Origin: a virus
IMG/VR virus record: IMGVR_UViG_3300027759_000067
Location: 1-64,000 of that record
Reading direction: 5' to 3' (one strand)
DNA: 64,000 nucleotides
Shown piece by piece: positions 21,757 to 31,819 of this stretch. A model generated the notes under the pieces. It had not been told where the DNA came from, did no database searches, and saw only the letters and a list, made by a program, of their open reading frames with translations. The position numbers were made by a program, and so were the translations under genes. Each line of letters begins with the position of its first letter. Within the stretch, counting starts at the first letter, position 1.

Positions 21757-21764
21757 GTAAGTAT

Positions 21765-22250
21765 ATGACTAAAAAACTTGAAGACCTCTTAGATTTACCA
21801 AATACAGTAGACACTGTAATGATGCCCACTACAGTGGATGCCGAGCCTGTACCTACTATCGATATTGAAGATAAATTGGAAGAATTTGACAAAATATCAG
21901 CCGCCCTGCCTAAAGTAAAAGGGCTAGGCGATATCAGCGATGCTGAATTTGATGAACTTGCTGCTAAAGCAGAACAAGCCTATGATGATCTAATGGACTT
22001 GGGTATGAATGTAGAAGCAAGATACGGCAGCAGAATGTTTGAAGTTGCAGCATCTATGCTGACTGCTGCAATTACTGCAAAAAGTGCTAAAATTGACAAG
22101 AAATTGAAGATGATTGATCTACAGATTAAGAAATTAGCTGTGGATAAGAAGCACGGAAACGAAGGCGAAGGCAATACCGTAAACGGCGAAGGGTACATCC
22201 TTACAGACAGAAATAGCATACTTGCTAAGTTAAAAGATTTGAAATCTTAA
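21765..22250 (+). CDS. Probable terminase small subunit (gp16-like)
   Basis: Helical protein with 'RMFEVAASML', upstream of TerL. Confidence 0.5.
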   Translation: MTKKLEDLLDLPNTVDTVMMPTTVDAEPVPTIDIEDKLEEFDKISAALPKVKGLGDISDAEFDELAAKAEQAYDDLMDLGMNVEARYGSRMFEVAASMLTAAITAKSAKIDKKLKMIDLQIKKLAVDKKHGNEGEGNTVNGEGYILTDRNSILAKLKDLKS

Positions 22251-22261
22251 TAAATAATACT

Positions 22262-22852
22262 ATGAAAACATTTACTCAATACCTATCCGAGTCTACTAAA
22301 AAGTATGACTTCCGTGTGAAAGTTGCCGGGGAGTTTACAACTGAGCAAGAATCATCAATGAAATCATTGTTGAGCAAATACGCAGTTAGCGGCTTTAAAA
22401 AGACCGGTACTACTCCTATCCAAACATTACCATTAGACTTTCCTCAGGTTAAAAACTGCGAAGTAAGTATCTATGAAGTTAGTTTAGATTATCCTACAAC
22501 ACAACAAGAACTTACAGAATATCTAAGTTCCTCATTGGGAGTGGGTAAGAGTCATCTTGTAGTACGTAGCCCATTTGAACACACTGAAGAATATCAGCAT
22601 ATTGAAGAGCCACGTAAAGGTGCATTGTTAGACGATCCTAACTACGCAGAAGCCGGTAGTCCTAAATTTGAAGATTACTATGGCGATAAGTACAACAGCG
22701 GTTTTGTTAAAGAATTAAATGATATTCTTAAACTTCAACGCAAAGCCCGTGGAGAAGAAATCCCCACAGAAGGTGCAGCTAAATTTAACACTGACACCGA
22801 TGAAAAGCAACCGAGCCTGTTGAAATTTCAGGCCGAAGACCTAAGGAAATAA
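22262..22852 (+). CDS. Hypothetical head-associated protein
   Basis: N-terminal 'MKTFTQYLSES' resembles capsid-targeted proteins of T4-like phages; TAAATA box upstream. Confidence 0.55.
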   Translation: MKTFTQYLSESTKKYDFRVKVAGEFTTEQESSMKSLLSKYAVSGFKKTGTTPIQTLPLDFPQVKNCEVSIYEVSLDYPTTQQELTEYLSSSLGVGKSHLVVRSPFEHTEEYQHIEEPRKGALLDDPNYAEAGSPKFEDYYGDKYNSGFVKELNDILKLQRKARGEEIPTEGAAKFNTDTDEKQPSLLKFQAEDLRK

Positions 22853-22854
22853 TT

Positions 22855-23499
22855 ATGCAAATGATCGATGTAATGAAGCGTTTAGCTGAACTTGATAGTA
22901 AAAATCCTACTATCGTTAAAGAAAATCAACAGGTAGAAGAATGCGGTATCATGCCTGAAATGGGTATGGGTATGCCTATGGACAAGCCAGCAATGCCAGC
23001 AAGTATTAATATGACAGCAGGCAGCGGCGAAGAACTCAGCGATATGCTTGCTACCATTATGCAATTAGCAGGTGTTAAACAACACGGTGCCGAAGAGCCA
23101 ATGAGTGCCGAGCCAGCAGTAGCATTAACTGCTGAACCAGAAATGGGCAGCGATGCTACATCTGATATGCGTTCTATGATTGACAAATTAAATCCAATGG
23201 ATGGCGACGATCAAGGTGGTGATGATGGCGTTAGCGTAGCACACGGTGATGTTGACAATGACGGCGATCACGATATGGCCGATCACGAAGCAGAAAAAGA
23301 TGAAGAAGAAACAGACGAAGGACAGTATGATAATAGCCCTTCTGACCCAACTAAGCCACCTCCTTTCAAAGCTAACCAATTTGCCCACCAGGAAAACCAA
23401 CCTGGACAAGGTGATAGAATGGATGGCAATATGCCTAAGGCCACAATGGAACAACAATTGATGGCTGATTATAAGAATTTTATCTCTGAAAACAATTAA
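22855..23499 (+). CDS. Acidic low-complexity protein (possible prohead core/scaffold)
   Basis: 214 aa, rich in Asp/Glu/Met. Confidence 0.5.
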   Translation: MQMIDVMKRLAELDSKNPTIVKENQQVEECGIMPEMGMGMPMDKPAMPASINMTAGSGEELSDMLATIMQLAGVKQHGAEEPMSAEPAVALTAEPEMGSDATSDMRSMIDKLNPMDGDDQGGDDGVSVAHGDVDNDGDHDMADHEAEKDEEETDEGQYDNSPSDPTKPPPFKANQFAHQENQPGQGDRMDGNMPKATMEQQLMADYKNFISENN

Positions 23500-23520
23500 T
23501 CAAAACTTAGAACGTAGTTC

Positions 23521-23548
23521 AAATAGCCTCTTCGGAGGCTATTTTTTT
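23521..23548 (+). terminator. Rho-independent terminator with cUUCGg loop
   Basis: aaatagcctc-ttcg-gaggctattt followed by a T run. Confidence 0.9.
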
Positions 23549-23562
23549 CATTAAATAAGATT

Positions 23563-24486
23563 ATGGGATCAAAAAACTTAGACGGGCAACTGGTAAAAAA
23601 AGCTCACAGCACACAAAAGTTTACAGAACAAGATATTGAAGATCTATTACAATGTTCTGACCCTATTAATGGTCCGCACTATTTCTTAGAGCATTTCTTC
23701 CACATACAACATCCTATTAAGGGTAAACTATTGTATGAGCCATTTGATTATCAACGTAGGTTAATAGATAGCTATCATAACAATCGCTTCAACGTAAATC
23801 TACTTCCTCGCCAAACTGGTAAGACAACCACAGCAGCAGGATATTTACTCTGGTTCGCTATGTTTGTTCCAGATAGTACTATTCTTGTAGCAGCGCATAA
23901 GCATACAGGTGCCCAGGAAATTATGGCACGTATTAGATATGCCTACGAATTATGTCCTGATCATATTAGATGTGGTGCCACAAGTTATAACAAACAAAGT
24001 TTAGAATTTGACAATGGTAGCCGTATCATAGCTCAGACAACCACAGAAACAACAGGTCGTGGTATGTCATTATCATTACTCTACGCAGACGAGTTTGCGT
24101 TTGTACCACCTAACATTGCCAGTGAATTCTGGACTTCAATATCACCTACACTATCAACTGGTGGTAAGGCAATTATTACAAGCACGCCTAACAGCGACGA
24201 AGATCAATTTGCACAGATCTGGAAAGAAGCAAACTATCAATTCGACGAACACGGTAATGAGCAAGATGTAGGACGTAATGGTTTTGCACCATTTAGAGCA
24301 TACTGGCATGAACACCCCGATCGCGACGAAGCATGGGCATCGGAAGAACGTGGACGTATTGGTGAAGAACGTTTCCGTCGTGAGCACGATTGTATAGCTG
24401 GAAACTCTTATATAACTGTTAAATGGCCAGATGGAAAAATAAGAAAAATATCAGTTGAAGAATTGAAAAATATTTTAAGTTCATAA
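23563..24486 (+). CDS. terL: Terminase large subunit N-terminal part (ATPase) fused to 31-aa split-intein N fragment
   Basis: Walker A 'PRQTGKTT', Walker B 'LLYADEFAF', 'ITSTPN'; ends RFRREHD|CIAGNSYITV... Confidence 0.95.
   Translation: MGSKNLDGQLVKKAHSTQKFTEQDIEDLLQCSDPINGPHYFLEHFFHIQHPIKGKLLYEPFDYQRRLIDSYHNNRFNVNLLPRQTGKTTTAAGYLLWFAMFVPDSTILVAAHKHTGAQEIMARIRYAYELCPDHIRCGATSYNKQSLEFDNGSRIIAQTTTETTGRGMSLSLLYADEFAFVPPNIASEFWTSISPTLSTGGKAIITSTPNSDEDQFAQIWKEANYQFDEHGNEQDVGRNGFAPFRAYWHEHPDRDEAWASEERGRIGEERFRREHDCIAGNSYITVKWPDGKIRKISVEELKNILSS
24391..24483 (+). other. Split intein N-fragment (IntN, 31 aa)
   Basis: Block A 'CIAGNSYITV...KISVEEL' followed by a stop. Confidence 0.9.
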
Positions 24487-24512
24487 TATTTGACGAAATG
24501 ATAAATAATATT

Positions 24513-25196
24513 ATGAAAACTCACAAACATCATATTATACCCAAGCATGTTGGTGGAACAGATGAGCAATCCAATCTTGTAGAATTATCAATAGAAGATC
24601 ATGCCAACGCTCACAAAATTTTATATGAAACACACGGACGTTGGCAAGATAGAGTAGCATGGCTCAGTTTATCTGGAATAATGAAGGACGAAGAAAGAAT
24701 ATATGAAATATTAAAAAACTCCAATCCTGGAGGATATAAACATACAGAGGAAACTAAACAGAAATTATCAGAAATGCGATTGGGTGAAAAAAATCCAATG
24801 TATGGAAAAACAGCACACAATTACGGGAAAAAACGACCAGGTGTTGGTGGTAGAAAAAAAGGAACAGGCTGGTCTGATAAAGAACGAAAAACACAAGAAT
24901 TAGTTAGAGCTACACCCGGATATTATGAATTTACTAAAGATCCTGCTAGAAATAAAAAAATCAGTGACTCTAAAAAAGGAACAATTGGAAATGCCAAGGG
25001 AAAAACTTGGTATAATAATGGAACTACAGAAACTTACAAAGATTATTGCCCCGAAGGATTTATGAAAGGTAGACTACATCGTTTACAAATAGGAAAAAGA
25101 GGAATGAAATGGTATAACAATGGAATTAATAATAGACAATTTAAAGAAAATACTCAACCAGAAGGATACCAATGTGGAAGAATTACTAAAAAATAG
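24513..25196 (+). mobile_element. Free-standing HNH homing endonuclease between the two terL halves
   Basis: 'HKHHIIPKHVGGTDEQSNLVELSIEDHANAH', NUMOD3 'HTEETKQKLSE', two 'WYNNG' repeats. ATG 24513 follows a TAAATA box. Confidence 0.9.
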
Positions 25197-26262
25197 TTTA
25201 GGATTGCAGGTTCTTACAGACACTGGATGGAGTAATTTTGAAGGATTACTACTCAAAGGATTTAGAAAAACTGTTGAGGTAAAAACACAAACTCGATCTA
25301 TTATCTGTACACCCGATCATAAATTCTTTGACAAACAATTTAACCCAATTGAGGCTAAAAAATTAAAACCAGGATCGAGAATAAAAAACAATTTAGGAAT
25401 TGATCAAGTAGTTTCTATTACGTTAAAAAATACAGAACCTGTCTACGACTTATATAATGTTGAAAAAAATCATAGATTTTATGCTAACGATATATTAGTA
25501 AAAAATTGTGAATTCTTGGTATTTGATGAAACATTGATCAACAGTATGAAATTAGCCACTTTAGATGGTAGCAAACCTATAATGAATATGGGTGAAGCAC
25601 GTTGGTATAAAAAGATTAACCCGCAATCAACTTATCTTGTTAGTCTCGATCCAAGTTTAGGCACAGGAGGAGATCCTGCTGCTATACAAGTTTTAGAAAT
25701 ACCCAGTTTTGAGCAAGTAGCAGAATGGCAGCATAATCTAACAGTTATACAAAGTCAAGTACGTATAATGCGTGATATTTGTACCTACATTAATGACGAA
25801 TGTACCAACAGAGGAGCAACATCCAGCATATACTACAGTGTAGAAAACAATAATATAGGTGAAGCTGCATTAGTTGCTATCAACGAAATTGGTGAAGAAA
25901 GCATCCCTGGATTGTTCCTCAGTGAACCTATTAAGAAAGGTCATGTACGTAGATATCGCAAGGGATTTAACACCACACATTCTGTTAAAATCAACGCCTG
26001 TGCCAAGCTAAAATACTTAATTGAAAGCGATAGATTAAAGATACATTCTCGTGCTTTTATCAGTGAATTAAAGACATATGTGGCAAAAGGACTGAGTTTT
26101 GAAGCTAAAGTAGGCGCACATGATGACCTTGTTAGTGCTATGTTGCTGGTAATTCGTATGACATTAGTACTGCAAGATTGGGATCCTGCTATCTACGATA
26201 GGATGCGTGAGGAGCGTGAGGACGAGTTTATCATGCCCATGCCCATCTATATTAGTTCCTAA
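25120..26262 (+). CDS. terL: Split-intein C fragment fused to terminase large subunit C-terminal nuclease part (likely start GTG 25174)
   Basis: Intein block B 'CTPDH', block F 'VYDL', block G 'FYANDILVKN|C'. Then 'CEF', 'SLDPSLG', 'VENN', 'HDDLV'. Confidence 0.95.
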   Translation: MELIIDNLKKILNQKDTNVEELLKNSLGLQVLTDTGWSNFEGLLLKGFRKTVEVKTQTRSIICTPDHKFFDKQFNPIEAKKLKPGSRIKNNLGIDQVVSITLKNTEPVYDLYNVEKNHRFYANDILVKNCEFLVFDETLINSMKLATLDGSKPIMNMGEARWYKKINPQSTYLVSLDPSLGTGGDPAAIQVLEIPSFEQVAEWQHNLTVIQSQVRIMRDICTYINDECTNRGATSSIYYSVENNNIGEAALVAINEIGEESIPGLFLSEPIKKGHVRRYRKGFNTTHSVKINACAKLKYLIESDRLKIHSRAFISELKTYVAKGLSFEAKVGAHDDLVSAMLLVIRMTLVLQDWDPAIYDRMREEREDEFIMPMPIYISS

Positions 26263-26278
26263 TTAAATAAATAATACT

Positions 26279-29200
26279 ATGAAACCTATACAACTAATAT
26301 CGCAAGATCTCTTTGACAAAGTCCGCAGCCGTTTTACTAATTTAGAAATGGGCGACGAAACAGGTGCAGTTACCATTGACCCAGCAGAAGCACGTTTCTT
26401 TGATTTTGACTTTGTTAACGAAGGGGTTGATCTTGGTCGTGTTAGTATGAGTTTAAATGATCTTGGCAGTTTGAAGATTTATTACAGCCAAGGCATTACA
26501 GAAAATCAAGATGATCACGCTACACAAATGTGGTACAATTTCCTTAAAGAAATGAGATTGTTTGCCATGCGTAGATTGCTGAGATTTGATACAAGAGACA
26601 TTGCAAAAACTAATTTAGACAAGAATGATTTTCAACACTTGGCCGCAACACAAGGCCCTAAGGAAGAACCAGATATGAATACTATGAACGAAACTAAAAA
26701 AATTAAAAAGAGTGTGGCGGAAGGCTCGCATGAAGAACAAGTTGCAAGATTGGCCGCATATAATGAAAAAATGGCTGGTAAAAATCCACCAATTGAATTG
26801 GGTCTGCGAGAAGTAGGCAACTGGGCAAAAGTTGGTCACTATGGCGATCCTATCAAAACAGCCTGGCTCAATATAGCAAAATACGGAGTTAGAAATAATA
26901 GATTCAATAACTCAGTTGAAAAAGTAATGTCAGCAATTAGTGAATTCCCTGATCTTGAGGACGAAGTATACGACATGTATGATATTAACCAAGATGAAGT
27001 GGATATATTATATAATGCCTATGAAACAGTATATGACCAATGGGAACAATTACAAGGTCAGCAAGGTGTAGCGGAAGGCCTGCAAGAATCACGTTGGAAC
27101 AATAAGAGTTCCAGAAAAACTAGCCGCGCAGTACAGGGCAAAACAGAAGTTATTGTACGTCACGCACACGCAGTAGAAGAAACATATCCAGGCGCACGTA
27201 GTCAGAGCAAAAACATCAAGGCAATTTTTATACAGAACGCAGACGGCGAACGTTTCAAGTATCCATTTATACACACAGCAGGTGCGTTCGCAATGGCACA
27301 ACACGTAGATCACGGTGGTGTTCCACATGATCCAGCAGGCAAAGCAATTATTAAAATGAGTGAGAATATTGCAAAGTTAGGCGAATTCCAACGACATATA
27401 CAACGTAGTTCCTTGCACGCCGATGCACATGGAATTGCAGAACGTGCCATAGGCCACATGAATGAACTTAAAACAAGAATCGCAGCATTAGGAAAACGCC
27501 ATCATTATCAAGCATGGAAAGAAGAATTTGAAGCGTCAGGAATGGGTGAGCCTGCAGACGAAATGATGCTTGACGCAGTAACATTAGAAGATTACAAGAG
27601 TAAATTTACACAAACAAATTTCCAAGAAGAATTAGTTGGGTTCTTCCCACTACTACATAGCATCATGCGTGAAGCTAATACCGTTGACCTTGAAGAATAT
27701 GTAGAGGAAGCAGCAGCACCTTGGGAAGACGAAGAAGCTGATGATAGTGAAAAAGACAAAGACGACCAAACAAATACCAAAGGTTCTGATGGAGCCGAAC
27801 ACGGTGGGCATTCAAGAGCAAGACACTTGGCAAGACAGGCAATTCCAAAAGAAAAATCAGCAGCAGAAAGCATCAACTCTTTTGAAGAATGGGCAGATTC
27901 TACAGAACAAGGCAAACTCACAGACGACCAAATGAATCATCTTAAGGCAGCAATTGAGGCATTACCACAGGGACCAAATGGACCACAATTAGACTCTGCG
28001 GTGGCTAATGATTTCTTTAGCGACCCAGAATTAGGCTTAACAGAATTACCAAATTTTGAAGAATTAACTCAGGCATTACAAGACGAAGAAGGACGCGATG
28101 AAGAAATTAGAGCAACTCCTTTACAATTATTCCAAACTTGGGCAAAAGAAAATAATCCAGAACTATTAGCATCATTAGGCATGACAGGTGCTGAAGAACC
28201 AGCACCTGCTCCAGAAGCACCTCCTGCTCCAGAGCCTGCACCCGAACAACCAGTAGCAGAAGGCAAGAGCAGTATGGTACACGAAGTAGCCAAGATTGTT
28301 AAGAGTTTTTATAACGCTGATAATGAAAGCGTTGGACCATTCCGTGCAGAAGAAAACATCGCATTGGATTGCAAAAAGCAAATTAGTGAGAAGTTTGGTG
28401 AGAAAGCCGGAGAACAAGCCTACGAAATGGCCGAAGCATTTATTAATAAACTTACACAAGAATGGCAACAAAAACACGGACAGATACAAAAACATAGTCC
28501 AGTTGATCAAGGCGACGGCCTAAGTGTAGATAGTTTGAAAGAAATATTAGGCAGAATTAAAAGTAAAGTAGAAGGTATTGGAAAACCAGAAATGGAAGAA
28601 AAAGATGAGTGGCATCCATCCAAACATGTCACTGATCCACAAAAGAAAAAAGAACTTGAACCTCATGATAAAGATGTCAAGCGTGGCAGTTATGCCGACC
28701 GCGCCAACTACTTAGATGCTGCCGGTGTTAAACGTGATACACAACAAGACGAAGGCTTTGTGGGCAATATGATTGACAAGGCTAAAGGTATGTTTGGAAA
28801 GACACCAGCAGCACCGGCCGCTCCAGCACCAGCAACAGGTAACAACGGAGCCCATGCCGATGGTAAGCCAAATTCTTGGATGGAACCAGACATGCGTAAG
28901 GACTTTGAAAATACAGAAATTTCTACTTTTCTCTTATATAACATTCGTATGATATATAGATGGGCTAAAGAAGGTCGTAACATACGCAATTATATTCAAG
29001 ACTTGAAGAAATTAGAACACGAAAATATCAGTAAGCCAACAACAGCAGCAGCCTTTAAATTCATTATGGACAATCTTGCTAGTGGTGAAGTAACTGATCC
29101 TAAAATGATAATGCAAATAGCAGATAAAGCCCACACATTAATGGGACATAGCGATATTGAACAAGCAACTCGTGAAGGCGTAGACAAGAGCCAAGTTCCT

Positions 29201-29371
29201 GCGGTTATGCGTAAGGAAAAAGGCGGGGACTGGAAAATGTCCACTCAAGATTTAGAAAAAGAACGAGATCAAAGCAGAACAACCAAACCAGGTTTAGACG
29301 CACACAAGGCCAAACTAGGTATGAGTGAAGAGATTGCCGATATTATGAGATTGGTAAATCACAAAAAATAA
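26279..29371 (+). CDS. Large acidic modular protein, probably head/internal
   Basis: 1030 aa, follows a TAAATA box; several VAEG-type Glu motifs and Pro/Ala linkers. Confidence 0.6.
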   Translation: MKPIQLISQDLFDKVRSRFTNLEMGDETGAVTIDPAEARFFDFDFVNEGVDLGRVSMSLNDLGSLKIYYSQGITENQDDHATQMWYNFLKEMRLFAMRRLLRFDTRDIAKTNLDKNDFQHLAATQGPKEEPDMNTMNETKKIKKSVAEGSHEEQVARLAAYNEKMAGKNPPIELGLREVGNWAKVGHYGDPIKTAWLNIAKYGVRNNRFNNSVEKVMSAISEFPDLEDEVYDMYDINQDEVDILYNAYETVYDQWEQLQGQQGVAEGLQESRWNNKSSRKTSRAVQGKTEVIVRHAHAVEETYPGARSQSKNIKAIFIQNADGERFKYPFIHTAGAFAMAQHVDHGGVPHDPAGKAIIKMSENIAKLGEFQRHIQRSSLHADAHGIAERAIGHMNELKTRIAALGKRHHYQAWKEEFEASGMGEPADEMMLDAVTLEDYKSKFTQTNFQEELVGFFPLLHSIMREANTVDLEEYVEEAAAPWEDEEADDSEKDKDDQTNTKGSDGAEHGGHSRARHLARQAIPKEKSAAESINSFEEWADSTEQGKLTDDQMNHLKAAIEALPQGPNGPQLDSAVANDFFSDPELGLTELPNFEELTQALQDEEGRDEEIRATPLQLFQTWAKENNPELLASLGMTGAEEPAPAPEAPPAPEPAPEQPVAEGKSSMVHEVAKIVKSFYNADNESVGPFRAEENIALDCKKQISEKFGEKAGEQAYEMAEAFINKLTQEWQQKHGQIQKHSPVDQGDGLSVDSLKEILGRIKSKVEGIGKPEMEEKDEWHPSKHVTDPQKKKELEPHDKDVKRGSYADRANYLDAAGVKRDTQQDEGFVGNMIDKAKGMFGKTPAAPAAPAPATGNNGAHADGKPNSWMEPDMRKDFENTEISTFLLYNIRMIYRWAKEGRNIRNYIQDLKKLEHENISKPTTAAAFKFIMDNLASGEVTDPKMIMQIADKAHTLMGHSDIEQATREGVDKSQVPAVMRKEKGGDWKMSTQDLEKERDQSRTTKPGLDAHKAKLGMSEEIADIMRLVNHKK

Positions 29372-29397
29372 TTGGCAAAATTAAGCAGCCAAATAGG

Positions 29398-29426
29398 TTG
29401 CAATGATAAATAAAACTGTGTATAGT
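29398..29426 (+). promoter_or_regulatory. sigma70-like promoter for the gp32/UvsX operon
   Basis: TTGCAA-17 bp-TATAGT. Confidence 0.6.
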
Positions 29427-29508
29427 TAACGCTATGCACAGTTTTTCTTTTAGTCAGTTGGCTTTAAGAAAGCGGCATAATTAAAACATTTATTAAGGAA
29501 AAATCATT

Positions 29509-30504
29509 ATGGCAACTTTAGCAGAAATTCGCGCAAAACTTCAAGCATCATCTCAACAAGGCGGCAGCAATGCAGGCGGCGGAGATAACGGTGTATTCCC
29601 CCATTGGAATATGCCAGAAGGATCAACTACCACAGTTCGATTCTTACCCGACCAAGACCCAAACAACACTTTTTTCTGGATCGAACGTGCAATGATCAAA
29701 TTGCCTTTCGCTGGTATTAAAGGTGAAACAAATTCCAAACCCGTTACTGTACAAGTTCCTTGTATGGAAATGTGGGGCGAGACTTGTCCAGTATTGACAG
29801 AAGTCCGTCCATGGTTCAAAGATAAATCTTTGGAAGATATGGGTCGTAAGTACTGGAAAAAGAAATCTTATCTATTCCAAGGATTTGTCACTGACAGCAA
29901 ACTTGTAGAAGAAGGTAAGACACCTGAGAATCCAATCCGTCGTTTCATCATCGGCTCACAAATCTTCAATATCGTTAAAAACGCATTAATGGATGCTGAG
30001 ATCGAAGAACTACCTACAGACTATGTTCGCGGTCTTGACTTCAAGATTGCTAAAACTAGCAAAGGTGGTTATGCTGACTATTCTACTTCTACTTGGGCTC
30101 GTCGTGAACGTGCTCTTGCTGAAATGGAACAAGCAGCAATTAAACAACACGGTTTGTTTGATTTGAAGAGCTTCCTACCTAAGAAACCAGGCGAAGTTGA
30201 ACTCAAAGTTATCGCAGAAATGTTTGCAGCATCAGTTGATGGTGAAGCATACGATGGCGAGCGTTGGGGTCAATACTTCAAGCCAGCAGGCTTTGGTGGT
30301 AGTGGTTCAGCAACTGGTTCTACATCAGCACCAAAAGCAGCGCCAGCACCAGCAGCAGGTATTGAGGAAGACGACGTCCCTTTTGAACGTGCGGCAGCAA
30401 CACCCGCTAAAGTGGTTGCAGAAGAAGCACCAGCTACAAGCAATGCAGGCAGCAGAGCAGCAGACATTCTTGCAGTAATCCGTAGTCGCCAACAAGCAAA
30501 CTAA
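29509..30504 (+). CDS. Single-stranded DNA-binding protein (T4 gp32-like)
   Basis: 'VRFLP', 'CPV', 'GYADYSTS', acidic 'EEDDVPF' tail; adjacent to UvsX. Confidence 0.9.
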   Translation: MATLAEIRAKLQASSQQGGSNAGGGDNGVFPHWNMPEGSTTTVRFLPDQDPNNTFFWIERAMIKLPFAGIKGETNSKPVTVQVPCMEMWGETCPVLTEVRPWFKDKSLEDMGRKYWKKKSYLFQGFVTDSKLVEEGKTPENPIRRFIIGSQIFNIVKNALMDAEIEELPTDYVRGLDFKIAKTSKGGYADYSTSTWARRERALAEMEQAAIKQHGLFDLKSFLPKKPGEVELKVIAEMFAASVDGEAYDGERWGQYFKPAGFGGSGSATGSTSAPKAAPAPAAGIEEDDVPFERAAATPAKVVAEEAPATSNAGSRAADILAVIRSRQQAN

Positions 30505-30514
30505 GGAGTAACAG

Positions 30515-31570
30515 ATGGGAAAAGCATTTGATATTTCTAAGTTTAGAAAGTCAATTACTAAGTCCATTGACGGACTTGGTATTGGCTTCAATGATCCAAC
30601 TGACTGGATCTCAACCGGCAACTATGCTCTTAACTATCTTATCAGTGGGGACTTCTTTAAGGGAATTCCTCTTGGTAAGGTAACTGTGTTTGCTGGTGAA
30701 TCCGGCGCAGGTAAATCTTATATCTGTTCTGGAAACATTATTCGACACGCACAGGAACAAGGCATATTTGTTATTCTTGTTGACAGCGAAAACGCCCTTG
30801 ACGAAAAGTGGTTAATTGATCTTGGTGTTGATACCAGTGATGAAAAACTACTTAAACTTAATATGGCTATGATTGATGATGTGGCTAAAACCATTTCTGA
30901 ATTCATGAAAGAATACAAAGTTATGCCTGAGGAATCACGTCCTAAGGTGTTGTTTGTAATTGATAGTTTGGGTATGTTGTTGACTCCTACAGACGTTAAT
31001 CAATTTGAAGCAGGTGAAATGAAAGGTGATATGGGCCGTAAACCTAAAGCACTTACATCACTGGTTCGTAATTGTGTTAATATGTTTGGCTCGTGGAATG
31101 TTGGATTGGTTTGTACCAACCATACATATGCAAGTCAAGATATGTTCGATCCAGATGACAAAATCTCAGGTGGACAAGGCTTTATCTATGCAAGCTCTAT
31201 TGTAGTTGCGATGCGTAAATTGAAGTTGAAAACCGACGAAGATGGTAATAAAACTACCACTGTTAACGGTATTCGTTCAGCTTGTAAGATTATGAAAACA
31301 CGTTACTCTAAACCTTTTGAATCAGTACAAGTTGAGATTCCGTACTCAACTGGTATGAGTCCATTCAGTGGTTTAGTTGATTTATTTGAAGCCAAGGGTA
31401 AGTTGAAGAAAGAAGGCAACAGTCTTGTTTATGTAACTAAAGATGGCGAAATTATCAAACAATTCCGCAAGGCATGGAACAGTAATGACAAAGATGGATT
31501 AACCATAGTTATGGCTGAGTGGGATGATACTATTGTGCCTGTAGAGGCAGTGGAAACAGAGGAAGCATAA
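30515..31570 (+). CDS. uvsX: RecA-like recombinase
   Basis: 'ISTGNYALN', Walker A 'GESGAGKS', 'VIDSLG', 'TNHTY', 'SGG'. Confidence 0.95.
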   Translation: MGKAFDISKFRKSITKSIDGLGIGFNDPTDWISTGNYALNYLISGDFFKGIPLGKVTVFAGESGAGKSYICSGNIIRHAQEQGIFVILVDSENALDEKWLIDLGVDTSDEKLLKLNMAMIDDVAKTISEFMKEYKVMPEESRPKVLFVIDSLGMLLTPTDVNQFEAGEMKGDMGRKPKALTSLVRNCVNMFGSWNVGLVCTNHTYASQDMFDPDDKISGGQGFIYASSIVVAMRKLKLKTDEDGNKTTTVNGIRSACKIMKTRYSKPFESVQVEIPYSTGMSPFSGLVDLFEAKGKLKKEGNSLVYVTKDGEIIKQFRKAWNSNDKDGLTIVMAEWDDTIVPVEAVETEEA

Positions 31571-31571
31571 A

Positions 31572-31817
31572 ATGGAAGAAGATCAAATTATCGGTGTATG
31601 GGACACTTTTAAAGATTATGTCCCTGAAAAAAATCGAGATGCCGCAGCATCACATTTTGTAGAATTTATAATTGGACAAGATGTTGAATTATCAGTTCTT
31701 GAATCAGTTATAGGATTTGATCCACATCTCGACTCTGCTATCCAACTCGTTGTTGAAGAATTTAAAGACGAAGATCAGATAGACGACGATCTTGACTACT
31801 ACGAAAACGAGGACTGA
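31572..31817 (+). CDS. Hypothetical acidic protein
   Basis: 81-aa ORF with GGAGG RBS, coupled to uvsX. Confidence 0.65.
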   Translation: MEEDQIIGVWDTFKDYVPEKNRDAAASHFVEFIIGQDVELSVLESVIGFDPHLDSAIQLVVEEFKDEDQIDDDLDYYENED

Positions 31818-31819
31818 TC

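Noticed and set aside
24487-25173. Group I intron in terL
   Set aside because: The interval is filled by the HNH ORF with no room for a ribozyme core; split-intein motifs explain the break.
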